In this document: piece after piece, positions 1-12,948 of the stretch | Layout: the number at the start of each line of letters is the position of its first letter | Numbering within the stretch: the first letter of the stretch is position 1 | Assembly (NCBI GenBank): GCA_043228905.1 | Contig: JBHGNT010000009.1 | Location: 17,360,001 to 17,424,000, forward strand | Direction of reading: 5' to 3' | Length of the DNA stretch: 64,000 nt | Origin: Azolla caroliniana | Taxonomy: Eukaryota > Plantae > Polypodiophyta | Program-made: the position numbers and the translations under genes | The notes under the pieces: model-generated | Databases searched by the model: none | Told to the model about the DNA's origin: nothing | The model's input: only the letters and a program-made list of their open reading frames with translations

Positions 1-387
1 TAAGGAGGGTTGTGTTCTTTGTGGACACATTGTGATGTATTGTGTATTGTATCTGTACTAAATCAGTATTAATGAATGTAAAGTACTCGTCGTCAGCAAC
101 ATAGTACTATCTGATATTGAAGAGTTTGTACTATTTATCTGTTAATTCATGTAGAGTGCTTTCCATGAATTCATTGTACTATGCTTTGTGCTGTATCCAT
201 ACTAAATTAGTATTAATGGATGCCAAGTTCACATGGTTGACAACATAGTACTATTTATCTTTTAATAAGTGTAGAGTGTTCTCAATGGATATGTTGTGCT
301 ATGCTTTGTTTTGTATTTGTACTAAATCAATATTAATGGATGTGTAGTACTCTCGATTGACAACATAGTACTAATTTTGTTGGAAAC

Positions 388-1290
388 TTGAGATACAAAA
401 GCAGGTATTTCTCCTTATTCAACATTCGTATGCAATGGAACTACTTCGGGTCTGGACATGGAAAAGGAGAGCCTGATAGCGCGGGGGCTGTGATCAAACG
501 TGCCCTTACAAGTGAGCAGTTGGATAATAATGGTGCTAAGTTACAAAATGCGCATGATGTTGTGCAGTGGCTAACATGGAAGATGTCAAATGATGGTAAG
601 AACAGATTGTTTATTGAAGTTCGCCTTGATGAGGTTGATAGAACTAAATCATATGGTTGTAAATCCGTGAAAGACACACGCAACACCCATTATGTATTAG
701 GGCTTAGCCGCAAGGACACAACACAATTGTTACTCCGTACTTTATCATGCTTTTGTTCCATGTGTATAGATGAAGCTTGGGATAAATGCATCAACCTATC
801 AATCGTCGAGCCCTGGAAGCTTCAGAAGCTTGAGCCTGAACGACAAGATGATATTGAAGAGGACGCACATTCAAACGATATTGTATACTACAACCAACAT
901 CAAGACTTGGCAATTTTATTGGAAGTTGGAGATCATTTTGCAGTGCTCAAATCTCCTCAGAATGAAGATTTAGAAGACTACTACATTGTGGTGTGCAAGC
1001 AAGGCAATACATTATTGAAAGAAGTGGTGAGGGATGGCTGGGGCAACAATTTCAACCTTGGTGAGTCTGTCGTGTATGGAAACTATTATGCAAAGTTGCC
1101 GCAGTGCAAGAACACATATGCATTACTAAAAGAAGCACCGATCGCAATAATCTACATTGATGCCATTCTTGCGATCAAATTCAATATGACTCAAGCAAAG
1201 CACAAGGTTAAGGGATACAACATTGTCTACAAGGTCCCCCAAGAGGTTCATGAGCACATATTAGGGGAGGTCTCTCTATTTAATGCTTGA
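388..1290 (+). CDS. C-terminal exon of a Sola2-like DDD transposase
   Basis: Motif WNYFGSGHGKGEPDSAGAVIKR (HGK-x3-D catalytic region), SCFCSMC...C Zn cluster and a beta-rich C-terminal domain. The true 5' boundary is probably a splice acceptor near 405. Confidence 0.65.
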   Translation: MRYKSRYFSLFNIRMQWNYFGSGHGKGEPDSAGAVIKRALTSEQLDNNGAKLQNAHDVVQWLTWKMSNDGKNRLFIEVRLDEVDRTKSYGCKSVKDTRNTHYVLGLSRKDTTQLLLRTLSCFCSMCIDEAWDKCINLSIVEPWKLQKLEPERQDDIEEDAHSNDIVYYNQHQDLAILLEVGDHFAVLKSPQNEDLEDYYIVVCKQGNTLLKEVVRDGWGNNFNLGESVVYGNYYAKLPQCKNTYALLKEAPIAIIYIDAILAIKFNMTQAKHKVKGYNIVYKVPQEVHEHILGEVSLFNA

Positions 1291-2457
1291 AAGTCACCCT
1301 ATCAATACATTGTACCAGAAAACTGAAAAACATCCACTTGTAGTTCACTATTTGATGTATTGATATATTAATTTTGATGATTGACAAATGAATCGATTTC
1401 AGACATCACTAACAGTTCAGCTTAAGTTCAAGTAAGACAATCGAAAGACACTAGTATAACTATTTCAGATAAATGAGATAGTATTTTGGTATACCAAATA
1501 GTTCGATTTCTCACATCACTAACAGTTCAAGTACAATCGAAAGACAATCAGGCACTAGAGGGCAATTTGGCCGATCTTGTAATGCGCTTGTTGTTGGTGC
1601 CAGTTTTTTCTGATTTTACATTCTTCTTTATCTTAAAGCCTTTAGGTATCAGCTGACTAAGTGGCACTTCATCATCAGAGGCATCAGAGACAAGTGTGGA
1701 TGCACCGACACCTTGTACTAGTGGCAAGCTTGAGAGAGCAACTGTGTTTTCTACAACTGCAATGCTTGTACACACATCCACAAAGGTATTGTCGATAGAA
1801 AAATTATCACTCATCTCCTGAATGTGGGTTGTTTTAGTACTCATGTTATTGCTAGTATGCTCAGTCTCAGTACAATTAGGCTCATGTATGTGGGCTACAA
1901 CAATACTCCTGGTGAACTCTTGGCTGGTCATAGTCACCTCATTCTTAAGACCACTGTGCTCTCCTTCTTGGGTCAACTGCTCTTGTACGGTGGCTATCAC
2001 CTCATTCTTAAGAGAACCGTGCTCCCCTTCTTGGGTGGTCTTTATTGCCTAGTCCTCATGGGTGATGCTAGTAGGCTCCCCTTCATTAGTAACGATGTTC
2101 TTTCCACAATCCTCATGGGATTTTTTAGACACTACTAGCACATTCTCAGTACAATCAAGCTCCTCTTTAGTACTAGCGATGTTCTTTCCACAATCCTCAT
2201 GGGATTCTTTAGACACTATAGATATATTCTCAGTACAATCAGTCTTCTCTTCAGTACTTGCCATATTCTTTCCACACTCGTCATGGGCTTCTTTAGACAA
2301 ATTATTGTTTGTACATGCCAACTGCTCTTCAAATATGAATGCTTCGTTTTTCTCATAGTCCTCATGTGTGGAAGATGTACTTCCAGAGTCTGCCTCCGTG
2401 CAAAGGTTAATCCCAGAATCTGACTCTGTACTTGTGCTCCATATAGTTCCCGATTCA

Positions 2458-3748
2458 CTTGATTGCAATTGGGAATCAGACTGCTCTTGTAAACCTAAAT
2501 AATGGGATTCCAAAGAATATTAGTATCAACTCACATACTCAAAAATTTGCAAACATACCAACAACAATGAACGTAGGGTTAAGAGCCACTTTTTTACCTA
2601 TTGTTACATCGTCATACTGTACAGTCGTAGATACCCCATTGCAAGTGGTAGGCTCGGTCATCTTCTCCACAACATCTAAGTGCTCAACAGGATTGTTATG
2701 ATCTATAGAATGCACCAAAAGCAACACTATCATAGGGTTGTTATGATCTGTTAGGAAACAGGTCCCTCCGGATGGGAAGTGAGAGGAACAGTGTTGATGA
2801 GAATCTCGGCCAAGGCCGATAGGCCGAGGCCGAAACCGGATGAAGAGTACCCGCCTACGGATGACCCGGTGAAGAACCGGATGATGAAGATCTGGTGAGA
2901 ACCGGATGAGGAGTACCCGCCTACGGATGACCCGGTGAGAATCGGATGATGAGTGCCCGGCAAGCGCCGGATGATGCAAGCCCGGTGAAGAGTGATCACC
3001 GGATGAAGGGACATATTTCTAAATATGTTTCTGAGAGTCCATCGAGGCTATATTTGTAAATAGCTGAAAAGTCATATTAGTATAAATATGACTTAGGGCA
3101 AACAGAGTATATAGTGTTGTTGTCATTCTTGTTGGTGCAAGACTTGAGAACGTGTAATAGTGTATAGAGAGAGAGAGAGGAAGAGGTCGTTGCCTCTGTT
3201 GTAACCGCCGCCTGTGGCGAAGATCGTGAGCACGAGGTCGTTGCCTCCGTGAGCTCACTATTGTACATTCTGATATAGTGATAGTTTGTAGTCTGTGGGC
3301 TGCCATGGTTTTTTTTCCATAGTTTGGGTTTTTCCACGCTAACATCCTGTGTACTCCTCTCTCCATTGTGTCGTGCTTTCATTTCCCGTTTTCTGTGTAT
3401 GATTCTAAGCTCGGTTGTGGCCGAGCGTTGCGCATAGGGAGCGTGCAGTTCCTGTCACTTGATTGCAATTGGGAATCAGACTGCTCTTGTAAACCTAAAT
3501 AATGGGATTCCAAAGAATATTAGTATCAACTCACATACTCAAAAGTTTGCAAACATACCAACAACAATGAACGTAGGGTTAAGAGCCACTTTTTTACCTA
3601 TTGTTACATCGTCATACTGTATAGCCGTAGATACCCCATTGCAAGTGGTAGGCTTGGTCATCTTCTCCACAACATCTAAGTGCTCAATAGGATTGTTATG
3701 ATCTATAGAATGCACCAAAAGCAACACTATCATAGGGTTGTTATGATC
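2458..3748 (+). repeat. 291-bp direct duplication (2458-2748 / 3458-3748) flanking the solo LTR
   Basis: Near-identical sequence; also visible as duplicated ORFs 2459-2701 and 3459-3701. Confidence 0.9.
2749..3457 (+). mobile_element. Solo LTR, family A
   Basis: TGTTAGG...CCTGTCA ends. Homologous to the TSD-flanked solo LTR at 10265-10870 (opposite orientation). Internal short CCGGATGA repeats. Confidence 0.85.
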
Positions 3749-4419
3749 TAAATCATTGTTTTCAAAAACCGGCTTTTGACGTGTACCTGGGAGTGTGATA
3801 AATTCGTCTTCACGATTAGGTTTTGGACTCGTATCTCCCTCACCAAAGATCATTTTGTCATCAGCTAGTAACACAAGTACATGGTATTAGACAATGCACT
3901 AGATTGACAACTCTCCGGACAGGTGAGAACATATATGACTCACCATTGCATTCAACTTTGCCTTTCTTGCCCTTTCCATACAACATTCTTGCAACATTCC
4001 TCTTCTTAGTTGGCTCTATTTCTAAAGAAATTAGGCATTCAACACTTTCTCAAATGAGAATTAAGATATGTTGGCAAAATTTGTGTTACCTGGATTGTTT
4101 TGATGTTGATCGGAGCTTGGGGAATTTGTTTGTAGAAGCATATGTTCCATTGCTCCAATGGCCCTTCTCATACATTCATCTTCATCATAAAACTCATAGG
4201 TTATTGGTAATGATGGTCCCTGAACCTTGGAATGTTCAGCAGATACCGAGGGTTTAAGCACAAGGGCCGGTTGTTCCATTACCTTCCCTGGCGTGGAGTT
4301 GCTTGACACTACAACATTCATTGCAAGAAACCAAAAAACCTTCAAGGTTAGTACCGTGATATAAAATATACAATGTAGGTCACAAGAGCTGCATTACTAA
4401 TTCATTAAGCTACACCTAG

Positions 4420-5390
4420 TTCCCATATTACACAACTAGTACTAATCGTGAACAATGTACTACTCACTTAGTTCCCAATTTACACAAGTAGTACTTATCA
4501 TGAACAATGTACTACTAACTTAGTCAAATTACACAAGGAGTACTAATCATGAACAATGTACCATTCACTTAGTTGCCAAATTACACAAATAGTACTAATC
4601 ATGAACAATGTACTAATCCTGAACAATATACTATTCACTTAGTTCCTAAATTATTGAACTAGTACTAATAAGGAACAGAAGTAGTACTAATAATGAACAA
4701 TGTACTGCTCACTTAGTTCCCAATTTACACAAGTAGTACTAATCATGCACAATGCACTACTCACTTAGTTCCCAAATTACACAAGGAGTACTAATCCTGA
4801 ACAATGTACTACTCACTTAGTTCCCAAATTACAAAACTAGTACTAATCAAGAGCAATGTACTACTCACTTAGTTCCCAATTTACAAAACTAGTACTAATC
4901 ATGAACAATGTACTACTTGCTAAGTACTAATCGTCAACAATGTACAAGTATAGTGTGTACTAACACTAGTACTAGGCACGTTGTAATATAGGTTGGACTA
5001 ACATCTAATCCAACAAATGTAGATTGGATTTTAGTACTAACGTGGTATTTTGCACACAAGTAATACTAAACGTGATATGTGTTCTACACACCTAATTACA
5101 TAACTTGTACTAATTACACCAACAGTATTAATCTTGAATAGTATTAGTACTAAACGTGATATGTGTTTGACACACCTCATTTCCAAATTACACAAACTGT
5201 ACTAATATTCAGCAATTTACTATACACCTTGTTCCCAAATTACATAACTAGTACTAATTCCCAAGTTACACAAACAATACTAACAATCAACAGTGTACTA
5301 CAAGTATAGTGTCTACTAAACTAGTACTAGGCAAGTTACAATATAGATTGGACGATGTTGTACTTGGTTCCCTTTTAGTACTAATTCTGG
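4420..5390. repeat. Degenerate tandem repeat, unit about 50 bp, AGTACT-rich
   Basis: Repeated GTACTAATCATGAACAATGTACTACTCACTTAGTTCCCAAATTACACAA. Confidence 0.85.
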
Positions 5391-5569
5391 AAAATATCCC
5401 TTCAACTACACATACCAATTATATATTAAGAGTACTGCCAATACTAACCCACATAATTAGGGTTCCACATATTATTTGTTAGAGATACACTAATTCTAAT
5501 CCATTGTTCTCCTATATTTGAAGTATGAATTGTGGTGTACGCTAGTTCTAATCCAAATGTAAATTGACA

Positions 5570-7332
5570 TCATATAATACAAACAATAGAATAGTAGAGC
5601 CACATACCGTACGAGTGTACTTTTAAACCCCAAGCATAGTACCACTCAGCCGCAATTGTAGTTTTACAGTCCATACATGTATTCTCTTTCTCAAAATGAT
5701 ACTTAGCACATAGCACATGATATGTGTGCAAGCACGGTGTAATCACAACATCCATAGCCTCCAGCTTGAATCCGAGGCCACAAAATATACGCCTGGCAGA
5801 TTGCAAACACAAGTTATAATATATTAGCTAATATGATATTTATACCACAGAAGTAGAAATAAATAACTTTTAAAGCCAATACCGTGATATAGCTATACTA
5901 GTAATGGTACTTTCCATACCACTTGGGTGCTCAGTTATAGATGGACACAAAGTTTCAAAACCTTTTTGTTTTAAATCCTGCATCAAGCATGCAAGGTTCT
6001 CGGAATGCAACTTTAAAGCTGACAACTTATTATCTATTTCGGAATGTGCATTCCTGCAAGTATCAAGGTCTCTCATTTGTGAACCTAATTGAGGGCCCAT
6101 ATTGTTTAGCTCTTTCTTCAACTCCTCTTTCAACACCTCACTTTCTGAATTTTGGATTGTTGATGCAATCCATTCATATGTAGTCTTTAATGAAGAGAAT
6201 TTCTTTTCTGCCTGTATCTCAACTTATTTAATTGCTTCCTGTTGAGAATCAAGCTCAACTTGGTCTAGTGTGTGAACTCACCTTGAGAGTGAAGAGACAC
6301 TCCAACAGTCAAGAGTCACCATTATGTCACCACTTTGTATTCTAGCATTTAGTATGAGTCATAGAATCATATTCTATGACACATAACTTATGAGCTTTCA
6401 CATTCCCCATGCTCCATGAGGCTTGTAGTTAATGAAGAGAGAGGGTGACTACATAAAGCACTCTCATCCCATCTTGTAAAGTGTTGAGTCTTTCTCCTTT
6501 GTCAAATATACTTTTTACCTTGCGTATTCTCTGTGTTTCACTCACTCACTCACTCTCTCTCTCTTACACACACACATAACTCACATCTTTTCCGCTTCAC
6601 AAGAATCCATCTCTTGATTCTTTACACTTCCAAATCAGCAAGTAGTGCTTGTATTCTTGAGCTCATAGATGTTATGCAACTGGCCATCATTTGTTCATTC
6701 TTTTCAGTCATTGTGGCCCGTACCTTTGCAAATTGAACTTGATGGACTGGTGTTGTAGTTGGAATATCCACGTGGGAGGTTCCGGATGACTTCAAGTCAG
6801 TGTTGGTACTGGAGGACCCTTTATAATGTTCTGACCGGTGCCGATTAAAATCTTCCCAATCTACGCCGATGCCACCCTGAACTTCACATGGAAATGCACG
6901 TGCAAAAACAGTACCCCCCTCATTGTTACAGATTTGATTTGTATCATAAACATGTTCATATCTCGTCTTCAATAAGTTGACATATTCCCTCTTCAATCCA
7001 CTTATGTGGAATCCTCACCTTGTATCGGGATGTGCTGACCCCCAGGTTTTCATCAACCACTCTCTCAGCTCAGGATAAACTTAAGGTCGTGCTCGAAGGA
7101 AATAACTCCATTCGAGAGGTGTGTCTCGAATGATGGAGTGGTACATCTTCTTTCTCTGTGTTGATGAATTCATCACCCTTTCTCTTGTGGGTGTCTTCTT
7201 GCTTTCTTTGAGAGGTGTCCTTTTTCCTTCCTTCACTGGTGTCTTCACTTTCTCTTTCATCAATGTCTTCTTTATGGGTGTCCTTCTCGTCATTGTCCTA
7301 GTCATGACTATTCTCGTTGAATGAATATGCAT
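5570..7332 (-). pseudogene. Degraded multi-exon cargo gene: acidic N-terminus, coiled coil, RING finger
   Basis: 5570-5812 reads (C)IFCG...PCLHTYHVLC...CMDC (RING-H2-like). 5870-6136 is coiled-coil-like. Stops and frameshifts lie between the pieces. Confidence 0.55.
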
Positions 7333-10264
7333 GTACTAGAATAAAACTCATCAAATTACCATCAACACATAGCAAGTAATCACATTGCATGTACAAGCCA
7401 TGTCAAACACACAAAAACCCTAAATAGTCGGAAGAAAACTCATCCATGTCTAACACATACAAATTAAAAACAGACAGACAGGAAACACAGAGAAAATGAA
7501 AACATACCAACAAAACGAAAACATAGCAACTCATCATGGCCAACTCCATCTAAGTTGCATGTACAAACCATGTCAAACACACAACCACCCTAAACAGTCG
7601 GAAGAAAACTCATCCATGTCAAACACATACAAATTAAAAACAAACAGACAGGAAACATAGAGAAAATGAAAACATACCAGTTGGGCATGCAACACATAGA
7701 CTATGAATAATCAAAACCTAAAAATGCCCATACACATACAAATTAAAAACATACGGACAGGAAACAAAGAGAAAATGATAACATACCAGTTGGAGGCAGA
7801 TGGAGCCAAGGTCGAAGGTAGAGGTACCACACCTTCAGAGCACACCAAGCCTTCAAAATCACCTATATGCAAAAGGTTGTTGACGAGGCTGCTGCAGAGG
7901 AGACAAATGAGCATACACAAGGAAATAAAATCAACAACAAGAACATCAATCCGGGGAAACAAAAATCTCTGCATATACAGAGACAGAGATCGAACCTGGC
8001 ACAGAGGGGAACACAACAACAACTACGCGGGGAAACAGAGAATCGAAGGTGGAGTGAGAGAGAGAAATAGAAAGAAAGAAAGAAAGAAAGAAACAGAGAT
8101 TCAAAGGTGGAGTGAGAGAGAGAAAGAGAGAGAACTATAATAGATATGTGTTGTATTTCTAACTTTCTTCCTCTGTCTGTCTGACAACTTCGAGACAGAA
8201 GAGAGAGAGAGAGACTCAGAGACTGAGAGAGACTAAGACTGAGACTGACCAACTATCACATTCCAAACCTTCTCCAGGTGTGCTTTCGTACAACTCTACC
8301 TAGGAGAATGAAGTTACAATTAATGTATTAAATACGGCGTTGGGACATTTCGAGTATGATGTATATTATCTTTGTACATTCGAGTGTGACGTAATGAATT
8401 TGTTATTTGAAATTGAACATCATTCAATAGATGATAATTGTTTTATTTTCAATTTTTAATGTTTATTTTCTTCCTCGATTTAGTACTAAATTTTTGGCCA
8501 AAAGTTGGTACATCGTAGCATGCTTCGACCCATTAATAATGTGAAATCCAAACAAATTGTCAGTGTCATTTTCTTCATAGAGTCTATTACATAGCAATCA
8601 ATTCATCAATGTCCTTTTCTTCATCATCTTGTCTAGAACTCTCTTCGGTTATACGTGCATTGGCTTCCCCTGTTAGCCGAGCCAACGAAATATCTTCTAT
8701 AAGCTCATCATCAAGCTCTATTAGCTCCCCTGGTTCGCCGGCTAACGAAGGAATAGGCTCTCGCGAAGCAGGTTGAAACCTTTCTGTATTAGCGAGGTTC
8801 TTTGCACCGACCTCCTCATCCTGGTCTGGGCACTCCCACAAAGCCTTAATCCTCATATTTATAAATATAACCTGCTCCTCGTCCTTCTCCAATGCAACTG
8901 TATTTCTAAAGAGCTTCAATGCACATGCAAACGTCGTTCTTGTGAAGAAAGTAACAAGAAGAATTAGTTGTCAAACAAAAAAGATTCGGTATTGATTATT
9001 TGAAGATCCTTACCCTAGTTCGAGGAATACCTGTGCCAGAAAAGAGATCTAATATCCAGTCTGCTTCGATAGAAAACATCTCGATCAAGAGCATCATAAG
9101 TCGCTGAGGTTTTTGATATGGGTTGACAAGTCCCCGTTCTGTCGTGGTGACATGTCGCAATTTCCGTGTCACTGTTGGATATACCAGCAGATTTGAACCT
9201 CCCACTTCATTAGAATGCTCCTTGATTCTTTGTTTCTTAATTTCATTGAAGTAGCCAACCATGATGTATTCAATGGCATTAACGAACCGAAAAGTTGGCC
9301 CTCTATTTACGTTGGTTTTTATCCTATAAAAAATAATACATCGAGTTAAGAATAGATTGAACAACCTTAAGAAATGCAATATAGTGAATGACACCTATAA
9401 ATAATCCTTACCATGCAAGGCTCTTGATGCCATGGCAATGAGATCTCAAAGCTTGAGCTACCGAGTACCCTTGGTCCATACTATGAAAGACAACTATTCG
9501 CCACAAGGATGCATTCGTTAGCTCAGCGAAATCCTTGACCATCTTCTCCAACTGTTTAAACCTAAACGGTTCATCATTGTATGATGACCCAACCATTCGA
9601 AATCCGTAACGAATATCCGCAATCATTAGCGTATATTCCTTCTTTGGCACTTTTTGGATCATGTCGACGACATCGCCGCAAACCACATTGTAGTAAAGAT
9701 CTCTCGTAATATTTTTTTTGTGGCTAAATTTTTTAAAGGAGCCATCTTCCTCCATTTCATATGCCTTGACTAAGAGACGATCCTTTTCTTTTCTGGCTCG
9801 CTCGAGATGTGCAAGGAAGGATGTAGGGAAATCGTGTATATCCTTAACTTCTCCTTGTTTCTTGCCACGACACGGTTTCTAATAGAAGCAATAAAACATC
9901 AAGTATTATTATACAAGCTCTACATATGATGAAAGCGTAATGAAAAACCACCAATACTAACCCAACCCTTGAATGCAATAAAATACTCCGATAACACCTT
10001 ATATGAAGACATTAGAGGATAATCCGCGGTCACTTGTTCCCAAGTTATACATCCAAGTTGTTTCATCATAACTTCTTGGATCTTCATGTACACCTTATGA
10101 CTGTAAATTTAGAAATCAAGATTAGAACTTTGAATTACACCATATAGACTTCGATATCAGTATTTGAAAGACTTACTTATTGAACTCAGTGACCATTTCT
10201 TCAAGGCTTAAATCTTTTGCCACAACCCTTGACAAAACAGACACAAGAAGCTGCTCGTCCTTAA

Positions 10265-10870
10265 TGACAGGAACACACGCTCCCGATGAACAACGCTCGG
10301 CCACAACCGAGCTTAGAATCAAAACACAGAAAAACGGGAATGAATGCACGACACAATGGAGAGAAGAGAACACAGGATGTTAACGTGGAAAACCCAAACT
10401 AGGGAAAAAACCACGACATCCCACAGACTGCAAACTATCATTATGTCAGAATGTACAAATGGTAAAGCACCGAAGCAACGACCTCGAGCTTTCTATCTTC
10501 GCCACAGGCGGCGGTTACAACAGAGGCAATGACCTCTTCCTCTCTCTCACTCTCTCTGTACACAGTTGCGCGCTCTAATCTTGTGCCAACAAGAATGACA
10601 ACAACTCATTCAACACATGTTCTCTGTTTGCCCTAAGTCATATTTATACTAATATGACTTTTCGGCTACTTACAAATATAGCCCCGATGGACTCTCAGAA
10701 ACATATTTACAAATATGTCCCTTCATCCGGTGAGCACTTCTTACCAGGCCTTCACCATCCGGCTCTTGCCGGGTACTCCTCATCCGGTTCTCACTGGGTC
10801 TTTCGTAGCTGGGTACTCCTCACCCGGTTCACACCGGGTCTTCCCATCCGGAGGGACCTGTCTCCCAACA
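10265..10870 (-). mobile_element. Solo LTR, family A, inserted in a ParB-MTase exon
   Basis: TG...CA ends, 5-bp TSD CTTAA on both sides. The empty site is visible in copy 2 (GGTATTAAGGACGAG near 49345). Confidence 0.92.
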
Positions 10871-12948
10871 CTTAATACCTTGCATCGCTCTCCACAGAGA
10901 CAGCTTCATGTCGTCAGCCGCTTCTTCAATTGTCAAGTCAATTTTCTTGGCCGCTTGTGACTTTAACTCTAGATGAGGGTCAACCTTACATTTCTTTTGT
11001 TGTTGACCCTTTACCTCCTTATTCTCCCACATTGAGAAGATTTGATCCTATAGGTCCCATACTTCTCCATCTCTAAAGGCCAATTGAAACCAAGACTCCT
11101 ATTTTCGAAGACCATCGGACTTAACATTATCATCTACCACAATGTCGACTTCATGCAAGCATTGACGTCGTAGGCCTGGATGTAGCTTTACACCAAACTT
11201 TTGTTTGACGTCCAAATACTCGTGGTGGAAGAACCTTATACGCTCAATCGACGACATTTTCTACCTATAGTCATTATCATTATTATGGTCCCACGCCAAC
11301 AACTTTGCCTCTTCAGTTGTGAGCCCCACGTAAATTTTGCACTCGGCATACTTGAAGAAGAAAGTCGTTGGATGTTCTCTCACAAGTTGTCGACATGCCT
11401 CTGCTAAATGCGATCCACCAATGACAAAGTAATTATATTGATCATGCTTTCTAATATCAAAATCTTCAATGGTTTCACATTTTCCAGGATCTACCATAAC
11501 AATAAAAGGCACCACAGTGGCATGAGGATTAATTTTCATTTTTTTCTTGAGATTTTGAACATGCATGCGGTGTGGCTCTCTAATCTCAAGTGGTCTTCGA
11601 CCTATTTTTTCATCAATAGGGGGCCGATGGATGTGTGTTATAGGCAAATTAAACACTTGCCCTTTCCTGACCAGTTTACGCTGCATTAACTCTCTCCTTA
11701 TCTTATTCTGCTCGGATGACAACACACCCGATGCCAACTCAGCTCCTGGCGTCCCCTTAGTGTCCTCCTCTTCGTTTTCACTTGTTGAATCGGAGTCCGA
11801 CATTTTGGTTGTCTTCTTCTTTGGTGGTCTTGATTGTACTTTAGATACCCTTTTTGTGGCCTTCACTAGAGAGGGCACTTCCTCCCTTAGAGTTACATGG
11901 CCTTGTATATAAGGCCTCAAGGTAACAATAAGGTTTTGTGAGCTTTCAAGATCTTTTTTGAACGCTTCTGGCCCACAAGATTCCTTTACTAGAAGATCTT
12001 CTGAAAGGAACACTTTACGTTCCCCCTTGGAGCACTCTATCATTACAAGTATGTTGGCCGAATCTGCATCTTCGTAGTCAAATCGTAGAATACGGCCATA
12101 CATAAATGGGGTTTCCTTTTCAAGCTGCCCCTCCCCCTTCTTCTTTGTTGTATACAATACGACTTTTTTCTTTGAGTCGACGTATTGCATACACCATTCC
12201 TTGTCCGTTAGATCACGGTTAGGAAGGTCTTCACCTCCAGTAGCTGCTACAAGTTTCTTTTGGCTAACCTCAATGTGTGGTTGAGATTTTGACTCCTCGT
12301 TGAAGAGAAGCTTTTTTCCTCTCTTCATGGACTCGGGAGCTACTAGGGTCTGTGTTTCGATTGGAGAACCCTGTATGCGGAGCTTTATTTTCTTCACGGG
12401 TCGGTCCGATAAGTTCTCAATCGACCTATTTAAGAAAGTACATGTGAAAACATAAGTTAGGTGGTCATGTAGATTAAGGTTGTATATTAAAATACAAATA
12501 AGTAGATGAAGAAATAAACTAGCAGGCGATTTGCGGTGAACTATAAATATCAATCATGCATTCAGAGTACATGGTAGTCCTATATTCAAAAATCTATTCT
12601 AGTAAGGGCTATTCAACTTAGAAAATATATATCGCAATAAGTATACAAGGTTATATATTGTCTTAAAGGGCAGGTATGACTTATATTGATTCCATAACCT
12701 TATTGTAGATAATTTGCATATGATAGACTTGAGATTGGTATCGTAAAGGTAATTTGTGGGTTATTTTCTACTATTTTAAGCTATAGTATGTCATAAAACC
12801 CCTATGATTAAGGCCCCTTTTTTAAAAAAGTAAGGCAAGTCGACATAAAAAAGACTGATTTTGACAAACAGTTTGATATCTTTTCTCACAATACTAAATT
12901 GTTGCCCCAAAAAGACAATATTCCTCTTTCAGGGCCTTCTTTTATACG

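Larger units (their letters stand above)
1548..4345 (-). pseudogene. Degraded acidic, low-complexity cargo ORF of the Sola2-like element, interrupted by a solo LTR and a duplication
   Basis: Same-strand ORF pieces 4061-4345, 3539-3874, 2049-2513 and 1548-2000, with internal repeats (SKESHEDCGKNIAST x3). Confidence 0.45.
1..8531. mobile_element. Sola2-like DNA transposon, right part (left end outside window), inserted in the 3' flank of the MTase gene of transposon copy 1
   Basis: Contains an HGK-type transposase exon. Homology between MTase-transposon copies 1 and 2 stops abruptly at 8531/8532, where this element ends in ...GCATGCTTCGACCC (5'-GGG on minus; Sola2 termini are GRG), followed by ATTA as a candidate 4-bp TSD. 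Confidence 0.6.
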
